Positions 34,201 to 46,063 of a stretch of 64,000 nt of DNA are shown here, piece after piece. The notes below the pieces were generated by a model. The model searched no databases, was not told where the DNA came from, and saw only the letters and a program-made list of their open reading frames with translations. Within the stretch, counting starts at the first letter, position 1. Each line of letters begins with the position of its first letter. A program made the position numbers and the translations under genes. Source of the DNA: Entomortierella parvispora E1425. Lineage: Eukaryota; Fungi; Mortierellomycota. The stretch is taken from the NCBI GenBank assembly GCA_020891255.1, contig BQFW01000002.1, positions 2,914,001-2,978,000 on the forward strand. Direction: 5' to 3'.

Positions 34201-34740
34201 CCGCTTTATTCGCTCTATGTCCCTCCACCAGCAACGACTTCTACGATCCACCCTCATATCAACAAAAAGTCGCATCCGCCCTTATCGCCCTCTGCCGCTA
34301 TAGCCAACGCGAACGCGCTGCATGACGACGACGACGATGACGAAGACGATAGTGATGGCAAGGAGAACGGGGATGGAGATGCGAATGCGACGGCGAGTGA
34401 TTTGTTGCAAACTTCGGGTCAGGATGCACAAAAGGAAGAGGAGGTCGAGGATGGCCGACGCGTGCTCTCGGAGGGCGGTAAACCTCCCAAGCGAAAGAAC
34501 TTGTTCCTGAGACTTTTCCAACGGCCAACGGCCCCGCTTCCTTCACCCCCTCCAACGTCAAATCGGAGGACTAATGGAGCGCCAGTACAACGACAGCAAC
34601 AGCAACAGCAGCAAACCATCCCATCGGGACCACCTCCACCTATTCCATTCCATCGGACGAACCATCCCACCACTCGAATCTCTGAAGGCGAAGAAGAAGA
34701 AGACCCAGAAGACATGAACAATAGCCATTTGAAAAGATGA
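31271..34740 (+). CDS. NIPA-family magnesium transporter with long disordered C-terminal tail; exons 31271-31523, 31859-31987, 32106-32196, 32355-34740
   Basis: KIVGLSLAIGSG LLIGSSFVFKKKGL, GHAYLKSTMWWSGM, GEVFNFVAYAF...LVTPLGALSV, EINYLNKALNLFNTAMVTPTYYVTF are hallmark NIPA motifs. All introns are GT-AG and keep the frame. Confidence 0.93.
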
Positions 34741-34941
34741 TTATTTAAAAAAAAAGAGAGAAAACTTTTTTGATGATTTTATTCAGCAAGACGAACAAAG
34801 GCGTGGGAAACAAGAAAGTACTTTGACAATGTAGCAGAGGTTGAGAGAAGGGGGACAGAAAGAAAAAAACAAAGGATGAGAAGAAACAGACTTGCCCTCG
34901 CAAAGAAATTGAGATTACAGTGGATATGGATAGTTTTTTTT

Positions 34942-37900
34942 TTAAGAGAATGGATCAAACATGCCGAGATCAGAGTTCTTGCCCTTGTTCTGTTGCTTCA
35001 CGCCTCCCACCTGGCTACCTCCCATGGGTTGCAATGGCTGCATGGGCGACATCATTCCCATTCCAGTGTTGGCAGGTCGAGCAGGGGTCAACGTGTTCAT
35101 GCCCATTCCCATACCCATGCCCATGCCGAGTCCCTGGTTGCCGTTTTGCTGCTGCTGGAAGCCGCCGCCCATGCCTCCTGAAGCCATTGGCTGATGGTTC
35201 ATAGAGGCCGTCATACCCATGGAGGTAGGAGCAGCAGACTGGAAACCACCAAAGGCAGAATTGGACGAAGACATGTTGCCCAGTGTGTGTGACAGTGGTG
35301 GGGTTCCAGCTGGCTTTTGTTGAGGCTGAGAGAAGGGGGGTCGTGAAGTCGAGGACGAGTTGGAGTTTGTAGAGCCTCCAGTGGACATGGGCTTGTTGAG
35401 AGGGGGTATAGAGAAAGAGGAGGGAGTGCCTGTAGGTGTCGTGATGGATCCAGAGTTCCTTTGCGATCCACCGAAACCATTGCTGTTGGTTGACTGTTGG
35501 AAGCTAGAGTTGGTCGGTGTCATGGGTCGCGAGTTGTAGGGCGAGTCGGCTGAGATGGCTCCAAACATACTAGGCGTCGCAGGCTTCATCACGGGCGTAC
35601 TGGCAAATGTCATCGGCTTGGAGGCACCCAAAGGCGGCAAAGACGATGCCATGTCGCCGAACATGTCCAGAGAAGAGTCCTGTGAACTACTGCCACTGGG
35701 TGAGAAGGGGTTGTCCGAGGCGATCTTGAATGGGTTATCAGAGGTTGACGAGGTTGACTGACGTCCAGTCGTGCCAGGAGTCGCGTTGCCAGATCCTCCA
35801 TGGACAAGCTTCTCAAAGTCATTCAGAGAGGTTGTAGTGCCGTTGGCAGTCGCCGAAGGGTCTCCGTTGTTTGCAAAGCTCTTTGTCTGGTCCTCAAGCT
35901 TCTTGAGATCCTGGAGCTGGCGCAAATGTTGCTGATGCACCTTTGTTGACAGCTCTTGGATGGTAGACATGAACGACTCGAACTAATATCGATGAAAAGT
36001 CTGTGGGTCAATAGGACAATTCAACCTATAGCTCCTCCAACACAGCGCAATAGTCGTACCTGGTTAACTTTGAGATTGGGACCAAGGGCGAGATGCCAGA
36101 GGTGAGGCAGAATGTTGTTTCCAATGACTTCTTTTTCCACATATTTGCCCATCTCTTGATACACCTGCAGCGTCGCCATCTGTTATGGTTGACAACAGGA
36201 TGTTAGATAATGATGCAAAAAATAATCCTCAGAAAAAGTCCATACTGATTGCAGGTCCTTACCGTCACTGACACTTCACGAGTCTTGATGTTTCGAAGTA
36301 GAGGAATCAACTTTTCTGTGATGGTATACTATGTGTGTCAAGTCAAAAAGTCAGTCAGCAAGATCTTGGGACAATATCACATAGTAAGCCACCAGCGCCA
36401 GCCTTTACCTTGTCCAAGATTTTCATGATGGTGAGAAAGCACAAAAGAGTGTTGACCTTGACAGAAAGGGTTGTTGTTTGCGAGAACAACGTCTACGAAC
36501 AATAGTTAAGTCGAGTCGTTAATAATGATATCAAGAAGCGAAGTGCTTCGAGTCTACTGGAACGTGTAATGACTTACGGCAATCCTAGGGAAGAGGGAAG
36601 TCTTCACGGTGGTATAATCCAGAGCCTCTGTAATCATGGGTACGGTCTTTAGCGCCTTCTCCTGAACTGAGAATGGGTTTTTGGGCTCCAATGCGCAGTA
36701 AACCAATGGCATGACATCCTCCTTGAAAACAGCACCGCCGGCCTTTTGCTGCAAAAGCTCAATTTTTTCCAGCAACGTCAACAAGTTCTGCATGGGCTCG
36801 CGGACCAAAAAGATGGGCTTGAGAGAAGGGAGGACCTTTTCCTCAAATTCCTTGGGCGTCATTTTTTGGATAATATAGAAAACATTGGGCAGGGTATAGG
36901 GCAGGAGTGCATGGTCCTTGAGCTCATCCAATAGACATGGGAGGATCTTTCTATAAAGAACACGCTCCGGGAATTGAGGTAAAACACGGAGCAAACCCTT
37001 CATGAATTGTCCCTTGTCATCCCGAGTTTTCTCCGCAAAGTTTTCCATGTATCTCATTGTCGACACGAGAATGTTGTCAAAGAATTTGCTCGATTGAAAT
37101 TCGATCGCGTTCATCCTCATGCTGGGCTCCCTGGTGATCAAACGAGTCATCGCATCTAAAGGGATACGAGATATTAGCACACACTCATGGAAAAGCACTG
37201 GTCTCCCTTGAGGATGGGAGTGTAGTTTCCTACCTGCGAGATGGGCTGGAAGTTTGTCAAATTGGTGCGCGCTGATTCTATCGACCAGTCCACGATAGGT
37301 ACTCAAGTTCCCACGAGAATGGAACAAGGTCGAGCCTTTGTTGAGAACCGAGTATGCCAAGCATCCAATGCCAAACATGTCGTTCGATGGATCCAGCTTC
37401 TGATCCAGTACATATTCTGGCGCCTGATAGTTGAGGTCTCTTTGACAGTATGGATGCAAATCGTGATCATAATCCCAATATTCCACTGGCGTTGGGACGC
37501 TGGGGTCTCGAGAAAGAAAGGTGCTGAATCCAAATCTAACAAAAAGGAACAACAACGCTGCATCAGCCGCAATGTCCTGCAACGTTTGGGATGGTCGGCT
37601 GCATGAATGGTGAGACATCTGGGTTCCTTTGAGCTATTTACCCTGCAATTTTCCAATCTCCCTTTGCATTGACAAAAATGGCGTCGGGAACGAGGTTTCC
37701 ATGAACAATCTTGGCGTCGTTGTGACAAAATTGCAGTCCTTTTCCAAGCTGAAGTAACCCTTTTTGAATCTAGAAAGTAAAGTAAACAGAAGAACAGAGT
37801 GGCTGTGAGTTTCCAGATGCACAGCCCGAGCCTTAAATTCACAGTCCAAGGGCTGCTCTCCTGCACTTTTTTTGATCCAAGAAAGTCGGCTGTCGCAAGC

Positions 37901-38732
37901 TGTTTACCTCGAGTTCATCCAGTTCAAACTTGCGAATATCCTCCGAGACTTGGGGTAGATTCTCATAGTTGCCGAGCAGGTTGGATAAAGAGGCAAAGAT
38001 GGGCTCTGTAGCAAAGGCGATCGCCGTCCTTGATTCGTCTACTGGCTCCACCACTTCAAGCATACAGGGATGCCGCAAACGAGCCAACTGACTGGCCTAT
38101 TCTCGAGCAAAGAGGATAGTGGCGAAGTTAGTTTCTTTTTTTCCCTTCCCTTTTCTTCCCTCGCTCAATGCTCCTCTTGAGGTGGATGCTGATATCGACG
38201 GATGGGGCGCACCTCTTTCTTTAGGAATTCATAGACGCGCTCCTGATCGCGTTTGGACGGGGCCTGCCGTCTCAGAGAAGAGATGGAGTCGACAATGTTC
38301 TTTTCAAAGATCTATTGGAGGCACGAGAGACATGGGCATACAGAGACAATGCATTCTGCAGTCAAGGGCGAATATAGCGATTGAAATTGAGAAGGAGAGG
38401 CATGCAAAAAAAACAGCCAAGGACAAATGCAGCAAAACGAGAACAGGCAAGGAAACTAAATAAAACAAAAATAAAGCAATCATCAAGACGGCGAGTTGGT
38501 ACGAATACGGCGACTTCCTGGCCGGTTGTGCGCTTGGTGCCTCGGTGAATCTTCCAGAGACCCGCGCTGGCAATCTGGCCACCGACTACAGGATAGGAGA
38601 GAGAAGGAGACGGAGAAGAGGGGTCAGTCCAGGGGTGATCAGGATGAGATGGCGCGGGCGAGGTGACCAAGGAACCAAGGGACCGAGGGACCATGGCGCA
38701 CCTTCGTAGTTCTTTGTGATGGCATTTCCCAT
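34942..38732 (-). CDS. SCY1: SCY1/SCYL2-like pseudokinase with HEAT repeats and NPF-containing tail; 11 exons (38732-38702, 38585-38503, 38311-38213, 38096-37908, 37769-37642, 37535-37234, 37155-36578, 36492-36409, 36328-36263, 36179-36060, 35982-34942)
   Basis: GLWKIH, LARLRHPCMLEVVEPVDESR..FATEP, ELDELEIQKGLLQ..GLQFCH...VHGNL.P.AIFVNAKGDWKIAGFGF, PEYVLD. All reconstructed GT-AG junctions keep the frame. Confidence 0.92.
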
Positions 38733-39214
38733 GATGTGGGATGCGAGAAGAGTGAGGACGGAAATGGTGGGCGAATATGTCAGGGGGGGGTAAACAAGTG
38801 GGAGACAGTGGTGAAGTGGAGAGGAAGAAGAGGAAGAGATGGAAGGATAGATGAAAGAAAGTGAAGAAAGTGAAGAAAGTGAAGAAGGAAGGAAGGACAC
38901 ACGCCAACAGGCAGAGAGACAGGCAGAGAGACAGGCAGAAAGACAGACAGACAGAGGTCAAAGGGGGGGAAGGCGAAAGTGCGCAAATAAAAAAGAAAAA
39001 AGCGCACCACTGGCAGGCGCCCTTTTCTCTCTTCTCTCTTCTCCCTCCCTTCTCCCTTCACTTTTCTCTTCTCTTCCCTGTATTGGGTGTATCCCTTCCT
39101 TCTCTTGCTCATCGCTGTCTTTTCTTCTCGCTCCATCGCCCTTCCTTCATCCTCTCTCTCTTTCATCCCCATCTACTTACTTCTTTTTTTTTCATTCATT
39201 CATTCATTCATTCA
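38733..39214. promoter_or_regulatory. Compact divergent (probably bidirectional) promoter/5'UTR region between SCY1 and the ArfGAP gene, with short tandem repeats
   Basis: The two ATGs are 482 bp apart in opposite orientation. Strand-switching purine/pyrimidine bias. Repeats aaagtgaag x3, caggcagagaga x3 and (TTCA)6 directly before the ArfGAP ATG. Confidence 0.6.
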
Positions 39215-42200
39215 ATGTCACGACGCCTCGACGACAAGCATTCCAGGTATCAATTTTTATTCTCTTCTTTTTATTTTTTTTTATTTCCTTCGTTGTCTGT
39301 TGTAGAGACGATGGGCCTGCATTCTGTCCTGCATTCCTTTTTTTCTTCGTCTGCACTCACCTTGCCTCCTTCGCTTATCCTTCAACTGCGATAGGATCTT
39401 GACTGGATTGCTGAAGCTTCCCGAGAACAAAAAGTGCTTCGACTGTCCGTCCAAGGTAAAAATGGTTCAATCAAAAATAGCAGGAACTGTCTCGCGCTGG
39501 ATCCGACAGACCTTCTGACTCTTTCCAACCCTCCGCTGTAGGTCAATGTCTATGCCAACCTGTTCAATAGCACCTTCATTTGCGAAAGATGCTCCGGTCT
39601 CCAGTAAGTCAGTTGGCGCCTCTTCTACTCGTCTTCCCCTGGGCGGACTTCACTGTTAACTGTCCAGTATGCAATGAACGTTATTTTTCATTTCATCTCC
39701 ACCAACGAGCGGATTGGCCTTCTTTTGAATCGTCCCCCAACCCACGTTTTTTTATATATTCTTTTGCTATTTGTTTAGCCGCGAGCTCAACCATCGAGTC
39801 AAATCCATCTCGGCGTCTACGTTTACCCCTGAGGAGGTCGCAGGATTACAAAAAGGAGGCAACGCGGTAAGGGATCTGGTCATCAACCTGACACGATGAC
39901 AATGGATTCAACCGGAAAAGAGTGAACACGAACACACGCATGCATCATTTGGGGCAGGAGCAGCTCAGCAGACAAAACAGGAGGGGCATGGGGCATGAGT
40001 CCGAGGATCATACACAAAGATAAAAAAAAACCACCTTCCCATAGCATCATCGGTCAATGCACACGCGAGGACGCTCAGCTCACTCTGGAACGCTCTCCTT
40101 CTTCCCTCTGCCTTGCGTTGATTCAGGGGTCACGAAAGAGTCGTTGAAAAGAACGACTGACTAATTGCTCAGCAGTGATATTACGATACCAACAACAGCA
40201 ACAACGCCTGCAGCGAACACTATAACCCTTGGATTGAGAAAGGCGGAGAGCATGAGCTCTCATCCACTGGAACTTTGTCTAGGATCAATTTGCTCTCATC
40301 AACCATTTCACTTTCTGACCGAACCTTTCTCTCCATCTCCCCTGTTATCTCGTAACTCCTCCCTGTCCTTTCTAACGCCAGGCTGCAAAGAGGATCTGGC
40401 TTGCAACATGGTCTTGGCGGGAATACCCAGAACCGGATGCTCATGACATGGATGAGCTGCGTCAGTTCATGAGAGCAAAGTATGTCAAAAAGCTCTGGTT
40501 CGTGGACCCCCACACCAGTGCCGAGAGCGTTTCTCCGGCAGAGGCCAGGGTTTCCCAGCCTTCATCCACCACCTGCTCCCCCACTTCCTTGACTGGTGCC
40601 GCAACCACCCCCACTCACGACGTTGTCGCCGAGCGCATGCGTGCTATAGCCAAGAGCCAGAGCATCGACGGTTTGGTAAGGCTCAATTATTATTTTCTAC
40701 AGATTTTGGATGGCCATTGATCAAGTTCTATTAATACTTACTCCGTTTTCATTTCATGAATTATCACTGTGCTATGACGCCCTGTAGAACAACCAAAGCT
40801 CCACCAATACCAACATTTCTAGCCCCACTTCATCAACGCATCAAGGGCGCACTTTGAGCAGGAAATCATCCACTATTAGCTCCGACAGTGGATCGACTAC
40901 CTTGTCCAAATCAACCGATCTTTCAAGTGTCACTTCGAGCCCTTTCAACCCTGCAGGATCAAAGCAGTCAGCACCCCCTTCACTCGCTCAGCAGCAGTAC
41001 CAGCAACAAGGCCAGCAACAAAGCCAGCAACAGCAGCAACCACAACAGCAGCAGCAGCAGCAGCGCCGTCCGTCTGCACCTCAACAGTCGCAATGGTCGT
41101 TTGACAACTTTATGGGTGTCATGAGTCCAGGTGCGGCAACACCCATGGGACAGCAAAACACGCAGGATTCTTATGCGTTCCCAATGACTTCGACACCTGC
41201 TGCCGTATCTGACGCCTCGGATCCGTTCTCCCTTGCCACCAACGCCTTCTCAAACATGAGTCTGGCCTCCAACAACACGCCGAGATTCATGTCGGCCTCG
41301 CCATTGACCTCACCGGGTCTGCAGCAGCAGCAGAGTTTCGGTTATACCCAGCAGCAACAGCAGCAACAGCAGCAACAACAATCTCAACAGCATTCAGCCA
41401 GACCCATCCTTGCACCATCTACCTCATCTATGTCTTCATCTGATTTCTTTGCCAATTTCTCGACTCCCAGTCTCATGACGTCTCCTCTTCCAGCTCAGAC
41501 AAACCAACAGGAGCTCCAGGATCCTTTCTCACTGTCTGCTGGTCAGAATGTGCAGCAGAAGCAACAGTCACCCTCAGATTACGCGTCGCTGCAAGGTTTG
41601 GATTTTGGGGTCAGCAATGGGATGCCAGCAACATCTGCCTATACTTCTGTCAACATGCCTACGATAGGCGCTACCACTGGAGCACGGTCCTTCGATGACT
41701 ATTTGTCTGCTTTGGGGCAGGGTCGACAGCAACCTCAGCAGCAGCAGAGTGGAAATGCTTTCGGTATGGCCCCTACGTCGTCGTCTGCAGCTCCAGCAGT
41801 ATCTTCGTATGACAACATGTTTGGTGTCCCTGCCATGCAGTCGCCTCCGTCAAATCTCTTGAGCGGCAATCCATTCGGACTTCAGCAGCCACCCGTTCAG
41901 TCTCAACCACTTCAACAGACGTCCATGCCCTCCCTTCAGAGGGCTCAAACAGCTCCTATGGCGCCTGCGAACAACCCTTTTGCAATGTTTGCAAAACAAG
42001 TGTCGACGCCTCCAGTCCCAGCTATCCCTACTCACTTTCAACAGCAGTTGCTCTCGGATCCTTTTGGCAATGCCTCAAAGTTCCAGTACCAACAGCAGCA
42101 GCAACAGCAACAACAAGAGCACCCACAGCAACCTCAATGGCAGCGGCAGCCACAACAGCAACATCATGACTACTTTTCCGCCCCGCTCACGACCCCTTCC

Positions 42201-42263
42201 TCTTCGAACCCATTCGCGATCGCTGCTCAGCAAGGCAGCAGTGCATCGAGTCCATTCTATTAA
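39215..42263 (+). CDS. ArfGAP-domain protein of AGFG1/Gts1 type with NPF/DPF-rich tail; exons 39215-39246, 39395-39455, 39542-39603, 39779-39866, 40382-40675, 40788-42263
   Basis: Spliced N-terminus gives C-x2-C-x16-C-x2-C-x4-R (CFDC..CERCSGLHR), RVKSIS..TF..EEV..LQKGGN and FMRAKYVKK.W. The tail has 3 NPF and 3 DPF motifs. Confidence 0.9.
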
Positions 42264-43514
42264 ACAAAAAGCAACATAAAAGATAAAAAAAATGGTCTCG
42301 GCTTATAAACAATGCCTTTTTTTTTCAGAGAACCCCTCCTTTTGGGTCATGAAGGACCGAGGAAAGGTCCGAGGCACAGAAACGCGTTCGACATGATATG
42401 TCATTATTGCAAGTTCAGGTTCAATTGGTAGAGCACGAGTACGAGCAGGAGCAGGAGCAGTATCAAGTTTTTGTTTCTTTTTTTTTTATTGCTTTTTTTT
42501 CATTGCTATTGTTCATCATTATCTGTTCATGTACCTAAAAAGATTGCAAAAAACTCTGCAAGAGGAAAGAAACAACAAAAAGCCATTAGTTTTCTCTTCA
42601 CGGGACAAGGACAGAAAGGGTAAATGAGAAGGGAGGAAGGGGAGTGATATCTCAAAAAAAAAAAAAAAAGAGAAAGGGATCCATTGGAGGGAGAAACGAA
42701 TAGACTCAGAGATCTTGGTGTATAAATGGTATGGTCCGCATGGCAATAAAGCTCTCAGGAAGCGAACATCGTTCTAATCATTGAAGATTCGTTTCTATAC
42801 CCTCTGTATCCCCTTTTTTTTACTTTTTTTAAAAATATCACAGTGGGAGAAGGGTGATCAAAAGGGATGAAAGGTTCAACTTACCACCGACAGAAAAGGT
42901 CCTTGCAATCGAAAAAGGCTAGAAGGAAGAGGGGTCGAGATCAAAAGGAAATCTGAAAAAGATGGAAGAAAAAAAAACGAAGCGAACACACGTTAGAATT
43001 CGATGGTTTTCATCAACCAGGTTTTGTGTTTTGCCTTCTTTCAACTTGTACCAAAAAAGAAACAAGAGAAAAAAAGGGATGGCTTCAGCTGTGTAAGAGT
43101 TTCATAAAGCACAAGACCGCTTAGAGTAGACCCGGCAAGGTCCACGGCAACAAGGCCCAGATCAAACGCAAATTACAATAAACCATCTTCAGCCTTTTCC
43201 TCTTTTTTCTCTTTTTCTTTCTCTCTCAGTCTGTGTCCTCAAGAGCAAATTGTTCATACAAGGGAGGGAAGGAGAAGGAAGAAATCCTGATCAAGGACGG
43301 ATGAATGCTTACCAGTGAAGGAGAAAGGAGTGGAAGGAGGGGAAGGGAAAGTGTGTTGTGAGAGAGGGAAAAGAAAAGAAAATCAACACGATCGGCTCTA
43401 TTTATCTGGCTGTCGCGAAAAATTTGCTGGCGGATCACCGTTTTTGTCATTATCGCGTGTGTTAATTTTATTTCGCGGGTATATTGGAATGTGGGACGGG
43501 AACGAGACTCGACT

Positions 43515-45225
43515 TTAGACCTCGCAGGCGTGCCCAGGATGGTTGTGAGCCTGGAGCACATCATGTTCGCCTTTTGAATTCATCGAGCTGAAGAGCGTCA
43601 GTCCTTGCTTGTGCTCAGCCGCCTGAGCCGCTTCCGCTAGCTTGGTAGCCTCAACCAAACTCGTCAAGTACGGATCCTCGCGGTCAACAGCCTTCACGAC
43701 CAGATCCGGAAAATTCAACTCGAAACAGGTTTTGACCCTGTGCAAATCCTCTTTCCGAGGACCATACGTGCCAGAGTTGTTGTCGATCAGCAAAGTCCAG
43801 GCATTGTTGTTCTCCATGTCCTGAAACACTCGGAACTCGCCAGCAAACATGACCTCGTCCGCTCTGTTGGCATGCATGGCATGCTTTGACATGAAATCCT
43901 GGAAGAATGCCGCTCCGGTCTCTGAAAAGTAAAGGCCCTTGGGAACGATGGAGTACGTGAACACAACTGTCCTCAGATCCTGCTGGTGACCCTTCTTCAA
44001 CCGCTCACCATGCAACAACAGACCGAAATCCTCGGCAGTGGCAAGCGCGTCATAATGAGTATTATGTCCATGTCGGTAAAGGTACGAGTGTTGGGAGTGG
44101 AGGGCATTCCGGATATTGGCTCCTTCCAAGTTGTCGGCAAAGATTCTTTTGGCTGCATCGTAATCTTGGTTCCAATGCTGGTACTGCGATGGATCGGTGC
44201 CAAAGGCCTCCAAGAGATGATAAAGTCGAACACGGTAGGTAAAAAATTCCAACGCTTTGTCGCGGGTCAGCACACCAGCTGCGTAACTCGTGTGTCTAGA
44301 GTAGCGAGCTGGGCCTCTGGTAGTTGGCTTGATCAAAGTAGCCGATGCTCCAACGCTCCTCACGGTAGTGGTCTAGAATACATGAAAAACAGATGTTAGA
44401 CATCCATCGATGATGGTACAATGGCTCTTTTCCGCACTTGCAAGACTGAAAAGAAAACATAGGCTTTTCTTTACTTGGACAAAGATCTTTCCCTGTACCC
44501 TTTCGTTGGGTTTCTGGACCTTGAGTGTATGCTCCATGACACCCTCCAGTTTCGAACCGAGGACCAAAGAGCAGGTCCCCAAGTGAGTATCCATCATCAT
44601 CTTGTTCTTGTCCTTGACAAAAATAAGGAGCATTGACCCTTCGGGCACACCTAGCAACGTCCAGGTGGCATTCCAGGTTGGACACAAGGTTGACCATTGA
44701 ACTCCGGTGCTATCGGGAGCGAGAGCGAGAGCAAGAAAAGGACAAAGAGGAGACAGGTGGACAAGAAATATTGGTCAGAAACATAACCAGGCAGACATTT
44801 TTTTCTCTTTGCGTAATAAAACAAGGGTGTCTTGGGTCTTACACAAAAGACAGTGTTTGAATGTCGTCAGGATCGCCGAGGTATACCTCCAAGAACGGGT
44901 CAGAACAGAGTAGGTCGCCTCGAGGTAGGTCCTGGAAAGGGAAAGGTAACAAAATGACGTTAGACATGCACAAAAAGAAACAAAAAATGGGGCTAAGCAA
45001 GCTCGTGGTACTTCTTGTGCGTGTGGGGGAGGGGTCACCATGAGGAGCGACATTCTATTTCAGGCGCACAGCCACTGCAGGCGGAGAAGCTGAAGTTTTT
45101 ACCTTGCCTCCCTTGAAGACGATGGTATAGTCATGGAGTCTGCTGGCGCCAGGGATATTCACGGCCGAGTCGGGCGAGACGGTGACGGTAGAGTGGCTCT
45201 GCTCTGCGGAGTAGCGATGGACCAT
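43515..45225 (-). CDS. C2-domain protein with an uncharacterised conserved C-terminal domain; exons 45225-45103, 44931-44843, 44709-44475, 44372-43515
   Basis: Spliced C2 core: KDLPRGDLLCSDPFLEVYL...TLCPTWNATW...IFVKDKNKMMMDTHLG. C-terminal domain with FTY, FSETGAAFFQDFMSKHAMHA, AGEF and DNNSGTYGP motifs. Confidence 0.85.
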
Positions 45226-46063
45226 GGATGAGACCTTTTGATGGAATGAGGACAGCATTGATGGGAATGAGAGTGAGAATGAGCAGGGATGAGCACCAAG
45301 CCGGTTATGACGGTTGGAGCAAAGAAAAGATAGAGAGAGCGCGAAAGAAAGAGGGAAAAAGCAGAGAGTGAAGGGAGTAAGATGAAAAAAGAAGAGAGAC
45401 GGAACATCGTTCCTTTTATGTAAGGCTCGTCCACCTTGTTTTTTGTTTTTTGTTGCTTCCTTCCTTCCGGCAGAACTACCGGTCAAACCTGCTCTGCTCT
45501 TCACTCTGTGCACTCTTTGTGGGCTGTGGGTGGAAAGAGCTTTCCGGTCCCTCCGTTCTCTGACCTGTCGACCCTCTTTCCCCGTGGCCTGCCATCCCGC
45601 CCTTCTTCTCGTCGTCTTGCCTTTCTACGACTCTGACGAGTGTTACACAAAGGCGTCCTTCGCTGCTTGGCCCCCCATGCGGCGTTACGCCCCTCAGCCA
45701 AAAATGAAACGCGCATGCATTTTTTCATTCTTTTCCGGGGAATGGAACAGAAATGCACCTCCATTCTGACTAGCACAGCCTTCGGGCAAGTGCTATTTGC
45801 GCCACACTTTTTCTCCGATGACTATGCCGACATTGTCCAGATTTTGGGCTTTCTTTTTTTTTTATCCTTTTCTTGTCCTTGCCGACATCCCACACAGACA
45901 ACATCGTTTCGAATGTACTTGGCACCGATGCGACCAAGGGCTGTTTCAAGAATGGCTGACTATCCCGCAACGCAGCACCTGATATTATTATATAAGATAT
46001 ATATATTTACGTGGCTAGAAAGTTACACTGTCCTGCGCGTCGTAGGCCTCTTCCTCCTCCATC

